Shown in pieces: positions 13,098-23,991 of a DNA stretch of 63,819 nucleotides (position 1 is its first letter; each line of letters opens with the position of its first letter). The notes beneath the pieces were generated by a model. The model had not been told where the DNA came from, made no database searches, and saw nothing but the letters and a program-made list of their open reading frames with translations. This DNA comes from Candidatus Omnitrophota bacterium (GTDB taxonomy: Bacteria > Omnitrophota > Gorgyraeia > Gygaellales > Profunditerraquicolaceae), in NCBI GenBank assembly GCA_041653955.1, contig JBAZEH010000006.1:764-64582 (forward strand), read 5' to 3'. The position numbers were made by a program, and so were the translations under genes.

Positions 13098-13579
13098 TGC
13101 AGAGCGCAATTATATATTATTCTTACAGCGGGAATACCAGGAGGGTGGCGCAGGCCTTAGGCGGGATATTGCAGGCGCGGGGCCCCGTTGATATGATAGA
13201 GCTTGAAGGCCTGGATGAGTCAAAGAGCTTTTTTCTGCAGGCAGCGCGGGCATTCAGGCGCAAAAGGGCCCTCATCAACCCGGTTAATTTTGATTTGAGC
13301 CGTTACGACTTTATATGTGTGGGTACCCCGGTCTGGGCATTCGGCCCGGCACCGGCGGTCAATACTTATATGGACAGGGTTGCCGGCCTTGAAGGCAAAG
13401 ATATACTTATTTTTACTACTTATGGCAGCGGGGCCGGTAAAGAGCGCTGCGCGGATTATATGCGGGAGATCCTTTCTAAGAAGGGCGCTAAAAGTTTTAA
13501 GAAAGTTTCCGTGCAGCAGTTCAAGGCGGGCGATAAAGATTTTGTAGCCTCCGCTATTAAAAGCGCCTTAGCGCCTTAG
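13097..13579 (+). CDS. Flavodoxin-like protein
   Basis: N-terminal IIYYSYSGNTRRVA FMN phosphate-binding loop. The ATG shares one nucleotide (A) with the EndoQ-like stop codon (TGATG). Confidence 0.7.
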   Translation: MQSAIIYYSYSGNTRRVAQALGGILQARGPVDMIELEGLDESKSFFLQAARAFRRKRALINPVNFDLSRYDFICVGTPVWAFGPAPAVNTYMDRVAGLEGKDILIFTTYGSGAGKERCADYMREILSKKGAKSFKKVSVQQFKAGDKDFVASAIKSALAP

Positions 13580-13596
13580 CGTCCCATAACCCAAAT

Positions 13597-13875
13597 ATGT
13601 TTACTTACAGGAATATTGAATTCAAAAAACACCCTAAAGAGAGCTATGCCGTTGCGAAGGGCGACATCTATAATAATTCCGGGACAAATTATAACTCCGT
13701 GGCTTTTCGTATGGTTATATTTGTTAAGGGCGCGCAGGTCATTAATACGGTTATAACCGTACATGGTATGGGCGCGGGCTGCAAAAAGGTTTTTGAGAAG
13801 CCGATACGCGACCTGGACGGCAAATTAATAAATAATATAGTGAGATATGAGATAATCCCGGAGGGTGCTTATTAA
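13597..13875 (+). CDS. Hypothetical protein (92 aa)
   Basis: ORF only. No recognisable motif and no clear RBS. Confidence 0.3.
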   Translation: MFTYRNIEFKKHPKESYAVAKGDIYNNSGTNYNSVAFRMVIFVKGAQVINTVITVHGMGAGCKKVFEKPIRDLDGKLINNIVRYEIIPEGAY

Positions 13876-13888
13876 TCTTTAAATATAT

Positions 13889-13960
13889 GCGCCTGTGGCC
13901 CAATGGATAGGGCACTAGCCTCCGGAGCTGGTGGTACAGGTTCGACTCCTGTCAGGCGCA
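13889..13960 (+). tRNA. tRNA-Arg (anticodon CCG)
   Basis: Acceptor GCGCCTG/CAGGCGC, D stem GCCC/GGGC, T arm ACAGG-TTCGACT-CCTGT, anticodon loop CTCCGGA. Followed by a T5 run. Confidence 0.9.
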
Positions 13961-14048
13961 TTTTTCAAGACAATAATAGAAGTATAGCTAGTAGAGGGCG
14001 TTCCCGTAGAGGGCTGCCCCACGATAAGCTAAGTTATAAAAGCTAGAT

Positions 14049-14513
14049 ATGTACAAAAAAGTTGTCAGCGTCATAGGTGGGCGGAATTGCACAGTTGAAG
14101 TGGAGCAATTAGCCCAAGAATTAGGCAAAAAACTGACAAAAGTGGCGGATATACTTGTTTCAGGAGGCCTAAGTGGGACAATGAAGGCTGTTTGCCAAGG
14201 CTTTAAGGCTTCCGGAGGCTTAACTATAGGCATTCTACCAGGTTACGACAAAAATGACGCTAATGATTATGTAGATATAATTATACCTACGGGTATGGGT
14301 TTAGCCAGGAATCTTTTGGTAGTAAAAAGCGCGGAGGTAGTGGTAGCCCTTCCCGGTGAAGCCGGGACCCTTTCTGAGATAGCTTATTGCCTGCAATTCG
14401 GCATACCGGTAATAAGTTTTAACTCCTGGGATATAAAGGGCGTGATAAAGGCAGCAACAGTGGAGGAGACAGTTAATAAAGTAAATGAGTTGTTAAAGGA
14501 GAATAAAGCATGA
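14049..14513 (+). CDS. LOG / TIGR00725-type (SLOG) family protein
   Basis: Rossmann-like VSVIGG, SGGLSGTMKA and PGEAGTLSEI motifs typical of the LOG/lysine-decarboxylase-like family. Confidence 0.7.
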   Translation: MYKKVVSVIGGRNCTVEVEQLAQELGKKLTKVADILVSGGLSGTMKAVCQGFKASGGLTIGILPGYDKNDANDYVDIIIPTGMGLARNLLVVKSAEVVVALPGEAGTLSEIAYCLQFGIPVISFNSWDIKGVIKAATVEETVNKVNELLKENKA

Positions 14514-15592
14514 AGGCTATCTTGATGCTGGAGGATGGTAAGAGCTTTACGGGTGAGGGGTTTGGCGCCGGGGGGGAAAGGGTGGGCGAGGTGATCTTGA
14601 ATAGTTCCGTGGTAGGCTATCAGGAGATGATGACTGATCCCGCCAACGCAGGGAAAATACTTGTGCTTACTTATCCTTTGATAGGCAATTACGGAGTAGC
14701 CCCCAAATTTAATGAATCCCGGGGAGTCTGGATCGCGGGTCTTGCGATTAAAGAAAGTTCGCGCACATATTCAAACTGGCAGGCGAAGGCGAGCTTTGAT
14801 AGTTTTATAAAAGAGCGCAATATTCTTGCGGCCCGTGCGGTAGATACACGCAGCCTCGCTGTTTATTTAAGGCAAAAGGGAGAGATGCTAGGGGTTATTT
14901 CAACGAAGGAGTTTGGATCTAAAGAGTTATTGTCCAGAATACAGGAGTTCAAGAAGGGGGCTCCCGGCAGCGCCCTCCCCAGGATATCTGTATCAAAGGC
15001 CACGCGCGCGGGAAAGGGCAGCGGAAAATACAGGATAGCCATAGTTGACCTTGGGGTAGCCAACAGCACAATAGAACAGCTGGAGAGGCTGGGGTGCTCG
15101 ATCACGCTTTTGCCTTACAATAGTTCAGCCTCGGAGATAATGCGCCTTAAACCTGCGGGGCTGGTTATTTCAAATGGCCCGGAGGATGATCCCGGATTAA
15201 AAGAGGTTACCGGCAATATAAAATCCCTGCTCGGCAAATTGCCTATATTGGGTATTTCTACCGGCCACCAGGTCCTGGCCGGGGCATTAGGCGCGAAGTT
15301 AACTAAGTTAAAATTAGGCCATAGGGGAGTGAACCAGCCTATACATAATCCGGCTTCTTATAAAGGAGAGATCACGGTCCAAAACCACGGTTATATTGTG
15401 GACGCGGATTCGCTCAATAAAATAAAGGGTGTAAAAGTTACGGCTTACAATCTGAATGACCGCACCGTGGAGGGGATAGAGAGCAAGAGATTAAAGGCCA
15501 TGGGTATACAGTATTATCCCGCGAGCCCCGGGTTTAATGAGGTAAACGGCGCGTTAAAGAAATTCATAAAAATGTTAAAAAGGAGCAGGTAG
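14510..15592 (+). CDS. carA: Carbamoyl-phosphate synthase small (glutaminase) subunit
   Basis: CPSase small-subunit N-domain plus a class I GATase region (GISTGHQ), immediately upstream of carB. Confidence 0.95.
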   Translation: MKAILMLEDGKSFTGEGFGAGGERVGEVILNSSVVGYQEMMTDPANAGKILVLTYPLIGNYGVAPKFNESRGVWIAGLAIKESSRTYSNWQAKASFDSFIKERNILAARAVDTRSLAVYLRQKGEMLGVISTKEFGSKELLSRIQEFKKGAPGSALPRISVSKATRAGKGSGKYRIAIVDLGVANSTIEQLERLGCSITLLPYNSSASEIMRLKPAGLVISNGPEDDPGLKEVTGNIKSLLGKLPILGISTGHQVLAGALGAKLTKLKLGHRGVNQPIHNPASYKGEITVQNHGYIVDADSLNKIKGVKVTAYNLNDRTVEGIESKRLKAMGIQYYPASPGFNEVNGALKKFIKMLKRSR

Positions 15593-18500
15593 ATGCCAAG
15601 ACGCAAAGATATCAAAAAGGTTCTAATGATCGGATCCGGGCCCATAGTGATCGGCCAGGCCTGTGAATTTGATTATTCCGGCTCCCAGGCCTGCAAGGCC
15701 TTAAGAGAAGAGGGTTATTTTACTATATTGGTAAATTCTAATCCCGCCACGATAATGACCGATCCGGGCATGGCAGATGTCACTTATGTAGAACCGCTGA
15801 CTGTTGAGGCGGTAACCAGCATTATCGCGAAAGAGCGCCCGGACGCGATATTGCCTACTCTCGGAGGGCAGACCGGCTTGAATCTCGCCTTCTTTTTGAT
15901 GAAAAAAGGGATCCTGAAGAAATATGGTGTAGAATCGATCGGCGCGCCGGTCGGGGCTATTGCCTGCGCGGAGGACAGGGACCTTTTCAAGAAGGCGATG
16001 CAGGAGATCGGCGTGGATGTGCCTAAGAGCGGAATAGCAACTACCGTTGGAGAAGGTATGCGTATCGGCCTGAATATCGGTTTTCCCTTGATCTTACGGC
16101 CCGCGTATTGTCTGGGGGGTAGCGGCAGCTCTACGGTATACAATAAAGAGGAACTTGAAAGGTTTCTCAGCAAAGGTATTGAAACCAGCCCCGTGCATCA
16201 GGTGCTTGTAGAGCAGTCGGTCATGGGGTGGAAAGAGATAGAATTTGAAGTAATGAGGGATTCGGCTGATAACGTGATCATGATCACATCTATGGAGAAT
16301 GTTGACCCGATGGGCGTGCATACGGGAGATAGTATAGTGGTCGCTCCCAGCCAGACATTGACCGCGGAGGAATATACAGATTTCGTGAATTTATCCAAAA
16401 GGATAATACGGCGCATAGGGATTACCGGAGGCGGGGCGAATATCCAGTATGCCCAGAACCCCGATAACGGGCATATTGTTATAATAGAGGTAAACCCCAG
16501 GCTCTCCCGTTCATCGGCATTGGCCTCTAAGGCGACCGGCTTCCCGATCGCAAGGGTCGCAACAAAATTAGCCGTAGGCCTTACCCTGCCGGAAGTAATG
16601 AACCAGATCACCGGCAAGACCACTTCTTTCTTTGAACCCACGGTAGACTACTGTGTTTTTAAGATATGCAGGTTTACCTTTGAGAAGTTCTCCCGATCAG
16701 AGCGCGTGTTGAATACTTCTATGAAGGCGGTAGGAGAAGCGATGTCCATAGGCCGTAATTTTAAAGAGGCCTTGCAGAAAGGTATACGTTCTACCGAGAC
16801 CTCCCGCTACGGTTTTGGAGCAGACGGGAAAGACAAGATCACCGACGATATGCTTGTCAGGCCCGATAACGGCCTGATGAAGCTCATAAGGGATAAGATC
16901 CGCGTGCCAAACGACGAGAGGTTATTTTATATAAGATATGGCCTGAAGGCAGGGTTATCAATAGATGATATTTACAGCCTTTCTAGGATAGACCGCTGGT
17001 TTTTAAGTGAGATGAAGGAATTGACCCAGATAGAGGAGCGTATAAAAAAATTCAGAGGCAATGACCCCGCCAAAGAGATCGGGATCCCGCCGGACATGCT
17101 GAAAGAGGCGAAGGCAAACGGTTTTTCCGACCGGCAGCTGGCGTATCTGTTAAATTCCAAGGAGGATAAGGTGCGAGAGTTCCGCAAAAAACAGGGTATT
17201 AAAGCAGTCTACAAGCTGGTGGATACCTGCGCGGGCGAGTTTCCGGCCAAACAGCCGTATTTTTATTCCACCCACGAGACGCAGGATGAGGCCAGGCCCG
17301 GGAAAAATAAGAAAGTAGTTATATTGGGGGGAGGCCCGAATCGTATCGGCCAGGGAATAGAGTTTGATTATTGCTGTTGCCACGCCGCCTACGCCCTTAA
17401 GGAGAAGGGGATAGACAGCATAATGGTGAATTGTAACCCCGAGACGGTTTCAACCGACTACGACACTTCGGACCGTTTATATTTTGAGCCGCTCACCCAG
17501 GAGGATATCCTTAATATAATAGACCTGGAGAAACCCGCCGGAGTAATAGTCCAGTTTGGAGGGCAGACCCCCCTTAATCTTGCCGTCCCTTTACGCAAGG
17601 CGGGTGTTAATATATTGGGCACCAGCGCGGATAATATAGATATCGCCGAAGACAGGAAAAGGTTCAAAGAGATGCTTAACAAATTAAACCTGCTTCAGCC
17701 TGATAACGGGACCGCCTTTAACTTCCAGGAAGCGAAAGAAGCAGCAAAAAAGATAGGCTATCCTGTCCTGGTCCGTCCTTCTTATGTGCTTGGCGGGAGG
17801 GCTATGGAGATCGTATATGATGAATCTACCCTGGAGCGTTTTATAAAAGAAGCGGCAGAGGTTTCCGGGGAACACCCTGTGCTTATAGATAAGTTCCTTG
17901 AAGACGCCATAGAGGTGGATGTGGATACCATAGGGGATGGCGAGACCTTTGTTATCGGCGGGATAATGGAGCATATTGAAGAGGCCGGGATACATTCAGG
18001 GGATTCGGCGATGGCGCTTCCCCCTTATACATTATCGCAGGAGATACTGGATAAAGTGAGAGAAGCGACCTATAAGATGGCTAAAGAGCTGAATGTGGTC
18101 GGGCTGATGAACGTGCAATACGCGATAAGGGATAATAAGGTGTATGTTCTGGAGGTGAACCCGCGCGCCTCAAGGACGGTGCCATTTGTTTCCAAGGTAA
18201 TAGGTATCCCGCTGGCTAAACTCGCCACAAAGGTTATGCTGGGCGCGAAGCTGAAAGACCTGGGATTTACAAAAGAGATTATCCCTAAGCATGTGGCGGT
18301 GAAGGAATCCGTATTTCCGTTCGGGCGGTTCCCGGGGGTTGATATTATCCTGGGCCCGGAGATGAAATCTACCGGAGAGGTAATGGGCATAGATTCTGAT
18401 TTCGGGCGCGCCTATATCAAAAGCCAGATTGCGGCCGGGCAGCGCCTGCCGCGCAAAGGGAATGTGTTTGTCTCAGTCAGAGATAAAGATAAAAGGGCGG

Positions 18501-18895
18501 TGGTATTTATCGCGAAGAAATTACGCGACTTAGGGTTTAAGATCTATGCTACTGCCGGGACAGCAAGCACGTTAGAGAAGAGCGATATCCCGGTTAAGTC
18601 TATGGTCAAAATCGCCGAGGGCAGGCCCAATATCCTGGATTTGATGAAAGACGGCAAGATCCAGTTAGTGATCAACACGCCTTCGGGCAGGATACCCCGG
18701 CAGGATGAGATCAAGATACGCTCGCAGGTCATACTTTACAATATACCTTATACTACTACAATATCCGGGGCCCAGGCGACCGTCAACGGGATAGAGGCCC
18801 TGGTTAAGAAAGGGCTTGGGGTTAAATCGTTACAGGAGTATCATAGGAAAACAGGGAATGCAAAAAATAAAGATAAAAAGCGCAAGCCGCGTTGA
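15593..18895 (+). CDS. carB: Carbamoyl-phosphate synthase large subunit
   Basis: 1100 aa with duplicated ATP-grasp halves ([17 protein letters not shown] and [16 protein letters not shown]) and a C-terminal MGS-like domain. Confidence 0.97.
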   Translation: MPRRKDIKKVLMIGSGPIVIGQACEFDYSGSQACKALREEGYFTILVNSNPATIMTDPGMADVTYVEPLTVEAVTSIIAKERPDAILPTLGGQTGLNLAFFLMKKGILKKYGVESIGAPVGAIACAEDRDLFKKAMQEIGVDVPKSGIATTVGEGMRIGLNIGFPLILRPAYCLGGSGSSTVYNKEELERFLSKGIETSPVHQVLVEQSVMGWKEIEFEVMRDSADNVIMITSMENVDPMGVHTGDSIVVAPSQTLTAEEYTDFVNLSKRIIRRIGITGGGANIQYAQNPDNGHIVIIEVNPRLSRSSALASKATGFPIARVATKLAVGLTLPEVMNQITGKTTSFFEPTVDYCVFKICRFTFEKFSRSERVLNTSMKAVGEAMSIGRNFKEALQKGIRSTETSRYGFGADGKDKITDDMLVRPDNGLMKLIRDKIRVPNDERLFYIRYGLKAGLSIDDIYSLSRIDRWFLSEMKELTQIEERIKKFRGNDPAKEIGIPPDMLKEAKANGFSDRQLAYLLNSKEDKVREFRKKQGIKAVYKLVDTCAGEFPAKQPYFYSTHETQDEARPGKNKKVVILGGGPNRIGQGIEFDYCCCHAAYALKEKGIDSIMVNCNPETVSTDYDTSDRLYFEPLTQEDILNIIDLEKPAGVIVQFGGQTPLNLAVPLRKAGVNILGTSADNIDIAEDRKRFKEMLNKLNLLQPDNGTAFNFQEAKEAAKKIGYPVLVRPSYVLGGRAMEIVYDESTLERFIKEAAEVSGEHPVLIDKFLEDAIEVDVDTIGDGETFVIGGIMEHIEEAGIHSGDSAMALPPYTLSQEILDKVREATYKMAKELNVVGLMNVQYAIRDNKVYVLEVNPRASRTVPFVSKVIGIPLAKLATKVMLGAKLKDLGFTKEIIPKHVAVKESVFPFGRFPGVDIILGPEMKSTGEVMGIDSDFGRAYIKSQIAAGQRLPRKGNVFVSVRDKDKRAVVFIAKKLRDLGFKIYATAGTASTLEKSDIPVKSMVKIAEGRPNILDLMKDGKIQLVINTPSGRIPRQDEIKIRSQVILYNIPYTTTISGAQATVNGIEALVKKGLGVKSLQEYHRKTGNAKNKDKKRKPR

Positions 18896-19256
18896 ATTGT
18901 TAGATATTACCGACAAGATAGCAGGCATTGTCTCGCAGGGCAGCGTTAAGGACGGTGTTTGCGTTTTGTTCTGCCCGCATACCACCGCCGGCCTGACTAT
19001 TAATGAGAATGCCGATCCCTCCGTCAGGAAGGATATAATCAATGCGTTGAATAAAATGGTGCCCGCGGATGCCGGCTATACGCATAGCGAAGGGAACTCC
19101 GACAGCCATATAAAATCTTCACTTTTTGGCCCGTCTTTAACCGTTATTATTGAAGGCGGGAGATTGGCGCTGGGCACCTGGCAGGGGATATATTTTTGCG
19201 AAGGGGACGGCCCCCGCTCAAGAGAGATCTGGATCAGGTTGATAGGGGGTAAGTGA
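18858..19256 (+). CDS. YjbQ/UPF0047 family (secondary thiamine-phosphate synthase-like) protein
   Basis: [21 protein letters not shown] and HIKSSL motifs. Start set at the ATG giving MQKIKIKS. Overlaps the carB end. Confidence 0.8.
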   Translation: MQKIKIKSASRVELLDITDKIAGIVSQGSVKDGVCVLFCPHTTAGLTINENADPSVRKDIINALNKMVPADAGYTHSEGNSDSHIKSSLFGPSLTVIIEGGRLALGTWQGIYFCEGDGPRSREIWIRLIGGK

Positions 19257-20056
19257 TGCCGGAATTGCCCGAAGTAGAGACTGTAAAGAGGGAATTGGAG
19301 AAAGCGGTTTTAGGCAAAAAGATCGTTGAGGTTTGCGTGCATCATGCGGCTGTAATACGCGAACCCTCAGTGGGTAAGTTCAAAAAAGGTTTAAGAGGCG
19401 CGGTCATTAAAAAGGTTTTACGCATAGCCAAACTTTTGATCCTGGAGTTATCCGGTGGCAACTCCCTGGTGATCCATTTAAAGATGACCGGGCAACTGGT
19501 TTACCCGGGAGACGGCAGGAAAAGCCGTGTCAGTTTCAGGTTTTCAGACGGCACAGCGCTTGATCTTAATGACAGGCGTTTATTTGCCGAGCTTCGTCTT
19601 TTGGGTGACTGGCGCGCTCTAAAATTTATCCGGGGGCTTGGGCCTGAGCCTTTTGATTTATCCAGCGGCAGGTTTAAAGAGGTTTTGGGCCGTAAAAAGG
19701 GCAAGATCAAGCCTTTGCTCATGGACCAGTCTTTTATCTCCGGCATAGGGAATCTGTATGCTGCTGAGGCGCTTTTCAGGGCCGGCATAGACCCGGCGAG
19801 GAGCGCGCAGGGCCTATCAGATAAAGAAAAAGAGCGTCTTTTGAAAGAGATAAAGGATACTTTAAGGGAGGCTATCCGGCATAAAGGTTCTTCCATAGAT
19901 CAGTATGTTCAACTATCAGGCAGACCCGGAGGCTACCTTAAATACCATAAGGTATATGGCCGTCAGGGTAAGCCTTGTCCGGTATGCAAGGGGTTAATAA
20001 GGAGGGTCTCATTGGGTGGCCGCGGCACATATTTCTGCCCGCGCTGCCAGAAATAA
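19256..20056 (+). CDS. mutM: Formamidopyrimidine-DNA glycosylase
   Basis: MPELPEVE N-terminus (catalytic Pro2) and C-terminal zinc finger CPVC...CPRC. Confidence 0.92.
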   Translation: MPELPEVETVKRELEKAVLGKKIVEVCVHHAAVIREPSVGKFKKGLRGAVIKKVLRIAKLLILELSGGNSLVIHLKMTGQLVYPGDGRKSRVSFRFSDGTALDLNDRRLFAELRLLGDWRALKFIRGLGPEPFDLSSGRFKEVLGRKKGKIKPLLMDQSFISGIGNLYAAEALFRAGIDPARSAQGLSDKEKERLLKEIKDTLREAIRHKGSSIDQYVQLSGRPGGYLKYHKVYGRQGKPCPVCKGLIRRVSLGGRGTYFCPRCQK

Positions 20057-20059
20057 AAA

Positions 20060-20779
20060 ATGAAAAGAAGGCTTAAGGTAAACGGATTACTTATAGTTTT
20101 AGCTTTCGCAATACTTGTTTTATTCCCGGCCGTATTCTTGCGCAGGGCAAAGGATCCTTCCTTGGATGCGGTTGCGCAGATATCCGGGATCGTTTTTATT
20201 CTTCTGGGCCAGCTATTACGGACATCGGCCCGCGGTTATAAATCCGAATACTCAAGAAACGGCCATATGCTGATACAGGGCGGCCCGTACTCCTTAAGCC
20301 GCAACCCGATGTATTTAGGTATACTATGCGTAGGCCTTGGTGTCGTGCTGGTGTTATTTGATTGGTGGATAGTCGCGGTTTTCCTTGCCATATTTATATG
20401 GCGGTATATATTCCTTATATTCAAGGAAGAGAAAAAGCTTTTGGTCATGTTTCCCGGAACATACCAGGCCTATATCAAGAAAGTGCCTCGTCTTTTTCCT
20501 TCGCTTTCCGAGATGCTGCAACGGGAGGTTTATGAATACCTGCCGTTAAAGATGGAGTGGCTAAAAAGAGAGATCGGCTCTATCTTGTTCTCGTTGCTTA
20601 TTGTGCTTTTTTTGCGCGGCTGGAGGGATATCAGGCGTGAAGGTATAATGGCTTATGCGCAGGAAGCGGAATTATTTATCGGGGTAATTATATTATTCCT
20701 GTTTTTGGCCGCCTATCTGGTAAAACGCACGAATAACCACAAAAAAGATGCTTCAATTAACCGCAAAGATACTTTATAA
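20060..20779 (+). CDS. Isoprenylcysteine carboxyl / phospholipid methyltransferase-family membrane protein
   Basis: Multi-TM protein with GGPYSLSRNPMYLG, characteristic of the ICMT/PEMT family. Confidence 0.65.
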   Translation: MKRRLKVNGLLIVLAFAILVLFPAVFLRRAKDPSLDAVAQISGIVFILLGQLLRTSARGYKSEYSRNGHMLIQGGPYSLSRNPMYLGILCVGLGVVLVLFDWWIVAVFLAIFIWRYIFLIFKEEKKLLVMFPGTYQAYIKKVPRLFPSLSEMLQREVYEYLPLKMEWLKREIGSILFSLLIVLFLRGWRDIRREGIMAYAQEAELFIGVIILFLFLAAYLVKRTNNHKKDASINRKDTL

Positions 20780-21524
20780 TAAGAAAGTTAAGGGCGATTA
20801 TTTCTGTTTAGCTATGCGGGCTCCCTGGATAGCAAAGGAATCTGTCCCCGGGCAATTCCTTAATATTAAGGTAAGCGGGAGTTATGAGCCTTTATTGCGC
20901 AGGCCTTTTAGCATCCATAAGGCAGGAGGCCCGGATATATGGATTCTTTATGAGGTGGTAGGTGAGGCTACCCGGATCTTGTCCGGACGTAAACCGGGAG
21001 AATATATAAACGTTATCGGACCCCTTGGCAAAGGTTTTGATTATACGTTGTCCGTTGCGGGCGATAGATTGTCTATTCTGACATCCGGAGGAATGGGTGT
21101 GGCGCCATTGCTTTTTCTGGCTGAAAAGCTTTCCAAGAGCAGGAAGTTGGCCCTGATCGGAGCGCGCGATAAGGAACATTTGTTATGTGAAAAAGAGCTT
21201 AAAGATTTAGGGTGCGCGGTCAGGGTCTCTACCGATGACGGTTCAAGAGGATTCAAGGGTTATGTCGGAGATCTTTTAGAGAAAGAGCTATCGGATATGG
21301 GAGATACCCAGAGAGCCGTTATATATGCCTGCGGCCCGAGGCCCTTATTAAAGGAGATAAGCCGGGTCTCTAAAAAGCACGGGATCGCGGCGCAAATCTC
21401 CATGGAAGAGCATATGGCTTGCGGTATAGGCGCCTGTCTTGGCTGTGTGGTAAATACAAAAGAGGGATTCAAAAGGGCCTGCAAGGAAGGGCCTGTGTTT
21501 AATGCCGGAGAGGTCATCTGGTAG
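20748..21524 (+). CDS. pyrK: Dihydroorotate dehydrogenase B electron-transfer subunit
   Basis: FAD/NAD-binding fold (RRPFSI) and C-terminal 2Fe-2S motif CGIGACLGCVV. Confidence 0.85.
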   Translation: MLQLTAKILYNKKVKGDYFCLAMRAPWIAKESVPGQFLNIKVSGSYEPLLRRPFSIHKAGGPDIWILYEVVGEATRILSGRKPGEYINVIGPLGKGFDYTLSVAGDRLSILTSGGMGVAPLLFLAEKLSKSRKLALIGARDKEHLLCEKELKDLGCAVRVSTDDGSRGFKGYVGDLLEKELSDMGDTQRAVIYACGPRPLLKEISRVSKKHGIAAQISMEEHMACGIGACLGCVVNTKEGFKRACKEGPVFNAGEVIW

Positions 21525-21542
21525 GTAAAAATAGGAGGCACA

Positions 21543-22694
21543 ATGGCGTTCCCCAATCCTTTTGTCTCAATAATTATCCCGGTAAAGAACTTTGAGCGCA
21601 CTATAGAGAAAACATTTGAATACCTGCTTGGCGTGGATTACCCCCGTGATTCCTGGGAGTGGGTGATCGCCGATGGAGGGTCTATCGACAAGACCATAGA
21701 GATCATAAAAGACTGGCAAAAGAGATACCCCTTTATAAAATTGGTTGAGGTCCCTAACTGCCCTTCTCCGGGATTCGCGCGCAACAAGGCCCTTGAAGAG
21801 GTAAAAGGGGAGTTCCTCTTTTTTACCGATGCGGATTGCGCCCCTGATAAGAATTGGATCAGCGAGATGCTAAAGCATTTCGCCCGCGACCCCAAGATCG
21901 CCTGCGTAGGCGGAGAGGTATTTACGCTTAAAGTTGATCCGGATAATTTAGTAGAAGCCTGGTGCCAGCATTTTCGCTTCAATATGGTTTCTCCCCGTTA
22001 TGGCTTTATACGGGAAGGGTATTATCCTGATTTTCCGAAAGAGCCCGTGCCTTCCGATATCGGAGGGCATAAGGCGTATTTTTTCGGTACCTGCAATGTT
22101 GCCTATAGAAGGAGCGCGATGAAGGATATAGGCGCCAGGTTCTGGGATAGGCCCACAGGAGAGGATATGGACCTTAGCTATCAGCACAGGAGTAAAGGCT
22201 GGAAGTTTTATTTCGCGCCTCTCGCTAAAGTAGACCATATGCACCGGGCGGATCTTAAGGCGCTAAGGAAGGTGTGGGTTACCTACGGGCAGGCACACCT
22301 TCCTTTAATAGATAAATACGTTAAGAAGAATGGATTGGAGATAATCCTGCAGTTTCTTAAGGGGAACCCTTCTTTTATGCTGCCTTTTCCCCTAAGGGGA
22401 TTTATTTATCTGGGCAACTTCCATCTTATGCATATTTTTGCTTTCTTTTTTATCCTAGGGCTGATATTCAGCGTCGCCTGGGCAAGCCCTTTTTGGGTGA
22501 TCTTTACCGTCGCCTCCCTGCTGCTTTCGGCCTACACCGCTTATCAATACGTAAAATGGAACTTTGCGATGGAGCCAAAAAATGAATTCCCCAACTGGTG
22601 CAAGATGAAATACCTGACAAACCTTAGTTTTATCCAGGGCGGCCTGAAGGATTTTAAAAAATACAAGATACTGTGTATCGAACCCAGTTTTTAG
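21543..22694 (+). CDS. Family 2 glycosyltransferase with C-terminal TM segments
   Basis: VSIIIPVKN start of the GT-A fold, FTDADC (DxD) and a hydrophobic C-terminal third. Confidence 0.8.
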   Translation: MAFPNPFVSIIIPVKNFERTIEKTFEYLLGVDYPRDSWEWVIADGGSIDKTIEIIKDWQKRYPFIKLVEVPNCPSPGFARNKALEEVKGEFLFFTDADCAPDKNWISEMLKHFARDPKIACVGGEVFTLKVDPDNLVEAWCQHFRFNMVSPRYGFIREGYYPDFPKEPVPSDIGGHKAYFFGTCNVAYRRSAMKDIGARFWDRPTGEDMDLSYQHRSKGWKFYFAPLAKVDHMHRADLKALRKVWVTYGQAHLPLIDKYVKKNGLEIILQFLKGNPSFMLPFPLRGFIYLGNFHLMHIFAFFFILGLIFSVAWASPFWVIFTVASLLLSAYTAYQYVKWNFAMEPKNEFPNWCKMKYLTNLSFIQGGLKDFKKYKILCIEPSF

Positions 22695-22705
22695 GAGGGG
22701 ATAAT

Positions 22706-23065
22706 ATGAATCCAGCATTATATATTATTGTGGGTTTAGCCGCGGGCGTATTCGCAGGGATGTTCGGCATAGGCGGGGGGACAGTGTTGATTCCTGCTCT
22801 GGTATACTTTTTTGGCCTGACGCAACACCAGGCGCAGGGGACTACATTGGCGATCATGATTCCTCCTATAGGGTTACTGGCGGCTATGCGTTATTATTAT
22901 AGCGGTAATGTAAAACTGGGGATGGCGGGTTTTATCTGCCTGGGGTTTTTTGTGGGCGGTCTCTTGGGAGCGCATATGATCCAGGGGGTATCCGAGCTTG
23001 CCCTTAAAAGATTGTTCGGAGTTTTTCTCGCCTTTATCGCCATAAGGATGATCCTGGGCAAATAA
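22706..23065 (+). CDS. Half-size (4-TM, 119 aa) TauE/SafE (TSUP) family membrane protein
   Basis: GMFGIGGGTVLIPALV motif. Start set at the ATG behind the AGGAGGGG RBS. About half the usual TSUP length. Confidence 0.7.
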   Translation: MNPALYIIVGLAAGVFAGMFGIGGGTVLIPALVYFFGLTQHQAQGTTLAIMIPPIGLLAAMRYYYSGNVKLGMAGFICLGFFVGGLLGAHMIQGVSELALKRLFGVFLAFIAIRMILGK

Positions 23066-23067
23066 AA

Positions 23068-23991
23068 ATGGCTGACTTAAATGTATCTATTGGCAACCTG
23101 GAACTGGAGAACCCGGTAATGGTCGCCTCGGGCACCTTCGGGTATGCCGGGGAATTCCGGGATTTTATGGAGCTGAAATCACTCGGGGCTATCGTTACCA
23201 AAACTATTACATTAGAATCCCGTCAGGGCAATCTGCCCCCGCGTACCTGCGAAACCCCGTCCGGCATGCTTAATTCCATAGGCCTTGAGAACCCGGGGAT
23301 AGAGGGTTTCATCCGGGATAAACTTCCGGAATTGATAAGGATTGGCCCTCCTGTTATTGTTAGCATATCATCCGAGAACGACCCTAAAGAGTTTGTTGAG
23401 CTCGCAAGAAAATTAGAGAAAATAAAGGGTGTGGCTGCTTTAGAGCTGAATATATCCTGTCCCAATATTAAAAGCGCAAGGCGTAATGCGAGGTTGATAT
23501 CCCAGGATCCTGCCGCTGCGTTTGCCGTGGTCAAGAGCGTGCGCAAGGCGACCAGGAAAACCATAATTACTAAACTATCACCGAACGTTACGGATATCGC
23601 GGAGATCGCCAAGGCGTGCGAAGATGCCGGGACAGATGCCGTCAGCCTGGTTAACACTTTTTATGGCATGAGCATCAACATAAGGTCCGGAAGGCCCAGA
23701 TTAGGCAGCGTGTCCGGGGGGTTAAGCGGCCCGGCGATCAGGCCGATCGCGGTAAGGATGGTATGGGAGGCTTACCAGAAAATTAAAATCCCCATTATAG
23801 GGATGGGTGGTATAATGAATAGTGCCGACGCCATTGAATTCTTCCTTGCAGGGGCATCCGCTATCAGCGTGGGCACGGCGAATTTTATTAATCCTGCCGC
23901 GAGTATCGAGGTCCTGGAAGGGATAAAAAAATATTTAAACAGGAACAAAGTCAAAGGTATAAAAGATCTTACGGGCAGCATTAAGATATGA
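23068..23991 (+). CDS. pyrD: Dihydroorotate dehydrogenase B catalytic subunit
   Basis: Class 1B DHODase motifs (NPVMVASGTFG, LELNISCPN, SVGTANF). Confidence 0.93.
   Translation: MADLNVSIGNLELENPVMVASGTFGYAGEFRDFMELKSLGAIVTKTITLESRQGNLPPRTCETPSGMLNSIGLENPGIEGFIRDKLPELIRIGPPVIVSISSENDPKEFVELARKLEKIKGVAALELNISCPNIKSARRNARLISQDPAAAFAVVKSVRKATRKTIITKLSPNVTDIAEIAKACEDAGTDAVSLVNTFYGMSINIRSGRPRLGSVSGGLSGPAIRPIAVRMVWEAYQKIKIPIIGMGGIMNSADAIEFFLAGASAISVGTANFINPAASIEVLEGIKKYLNRNKVKGIKDLTGSIKI

Noticed and set aside
13317-13547. 76-aa + strand ORF overlapping the flavodoxin gene in another frame
   Set aside because: It lies entirely inside the flavodoxin-like ORF, which has a proper FMN-binding loop. 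The alternative frame is Arg/Ser-rich and motif-free.
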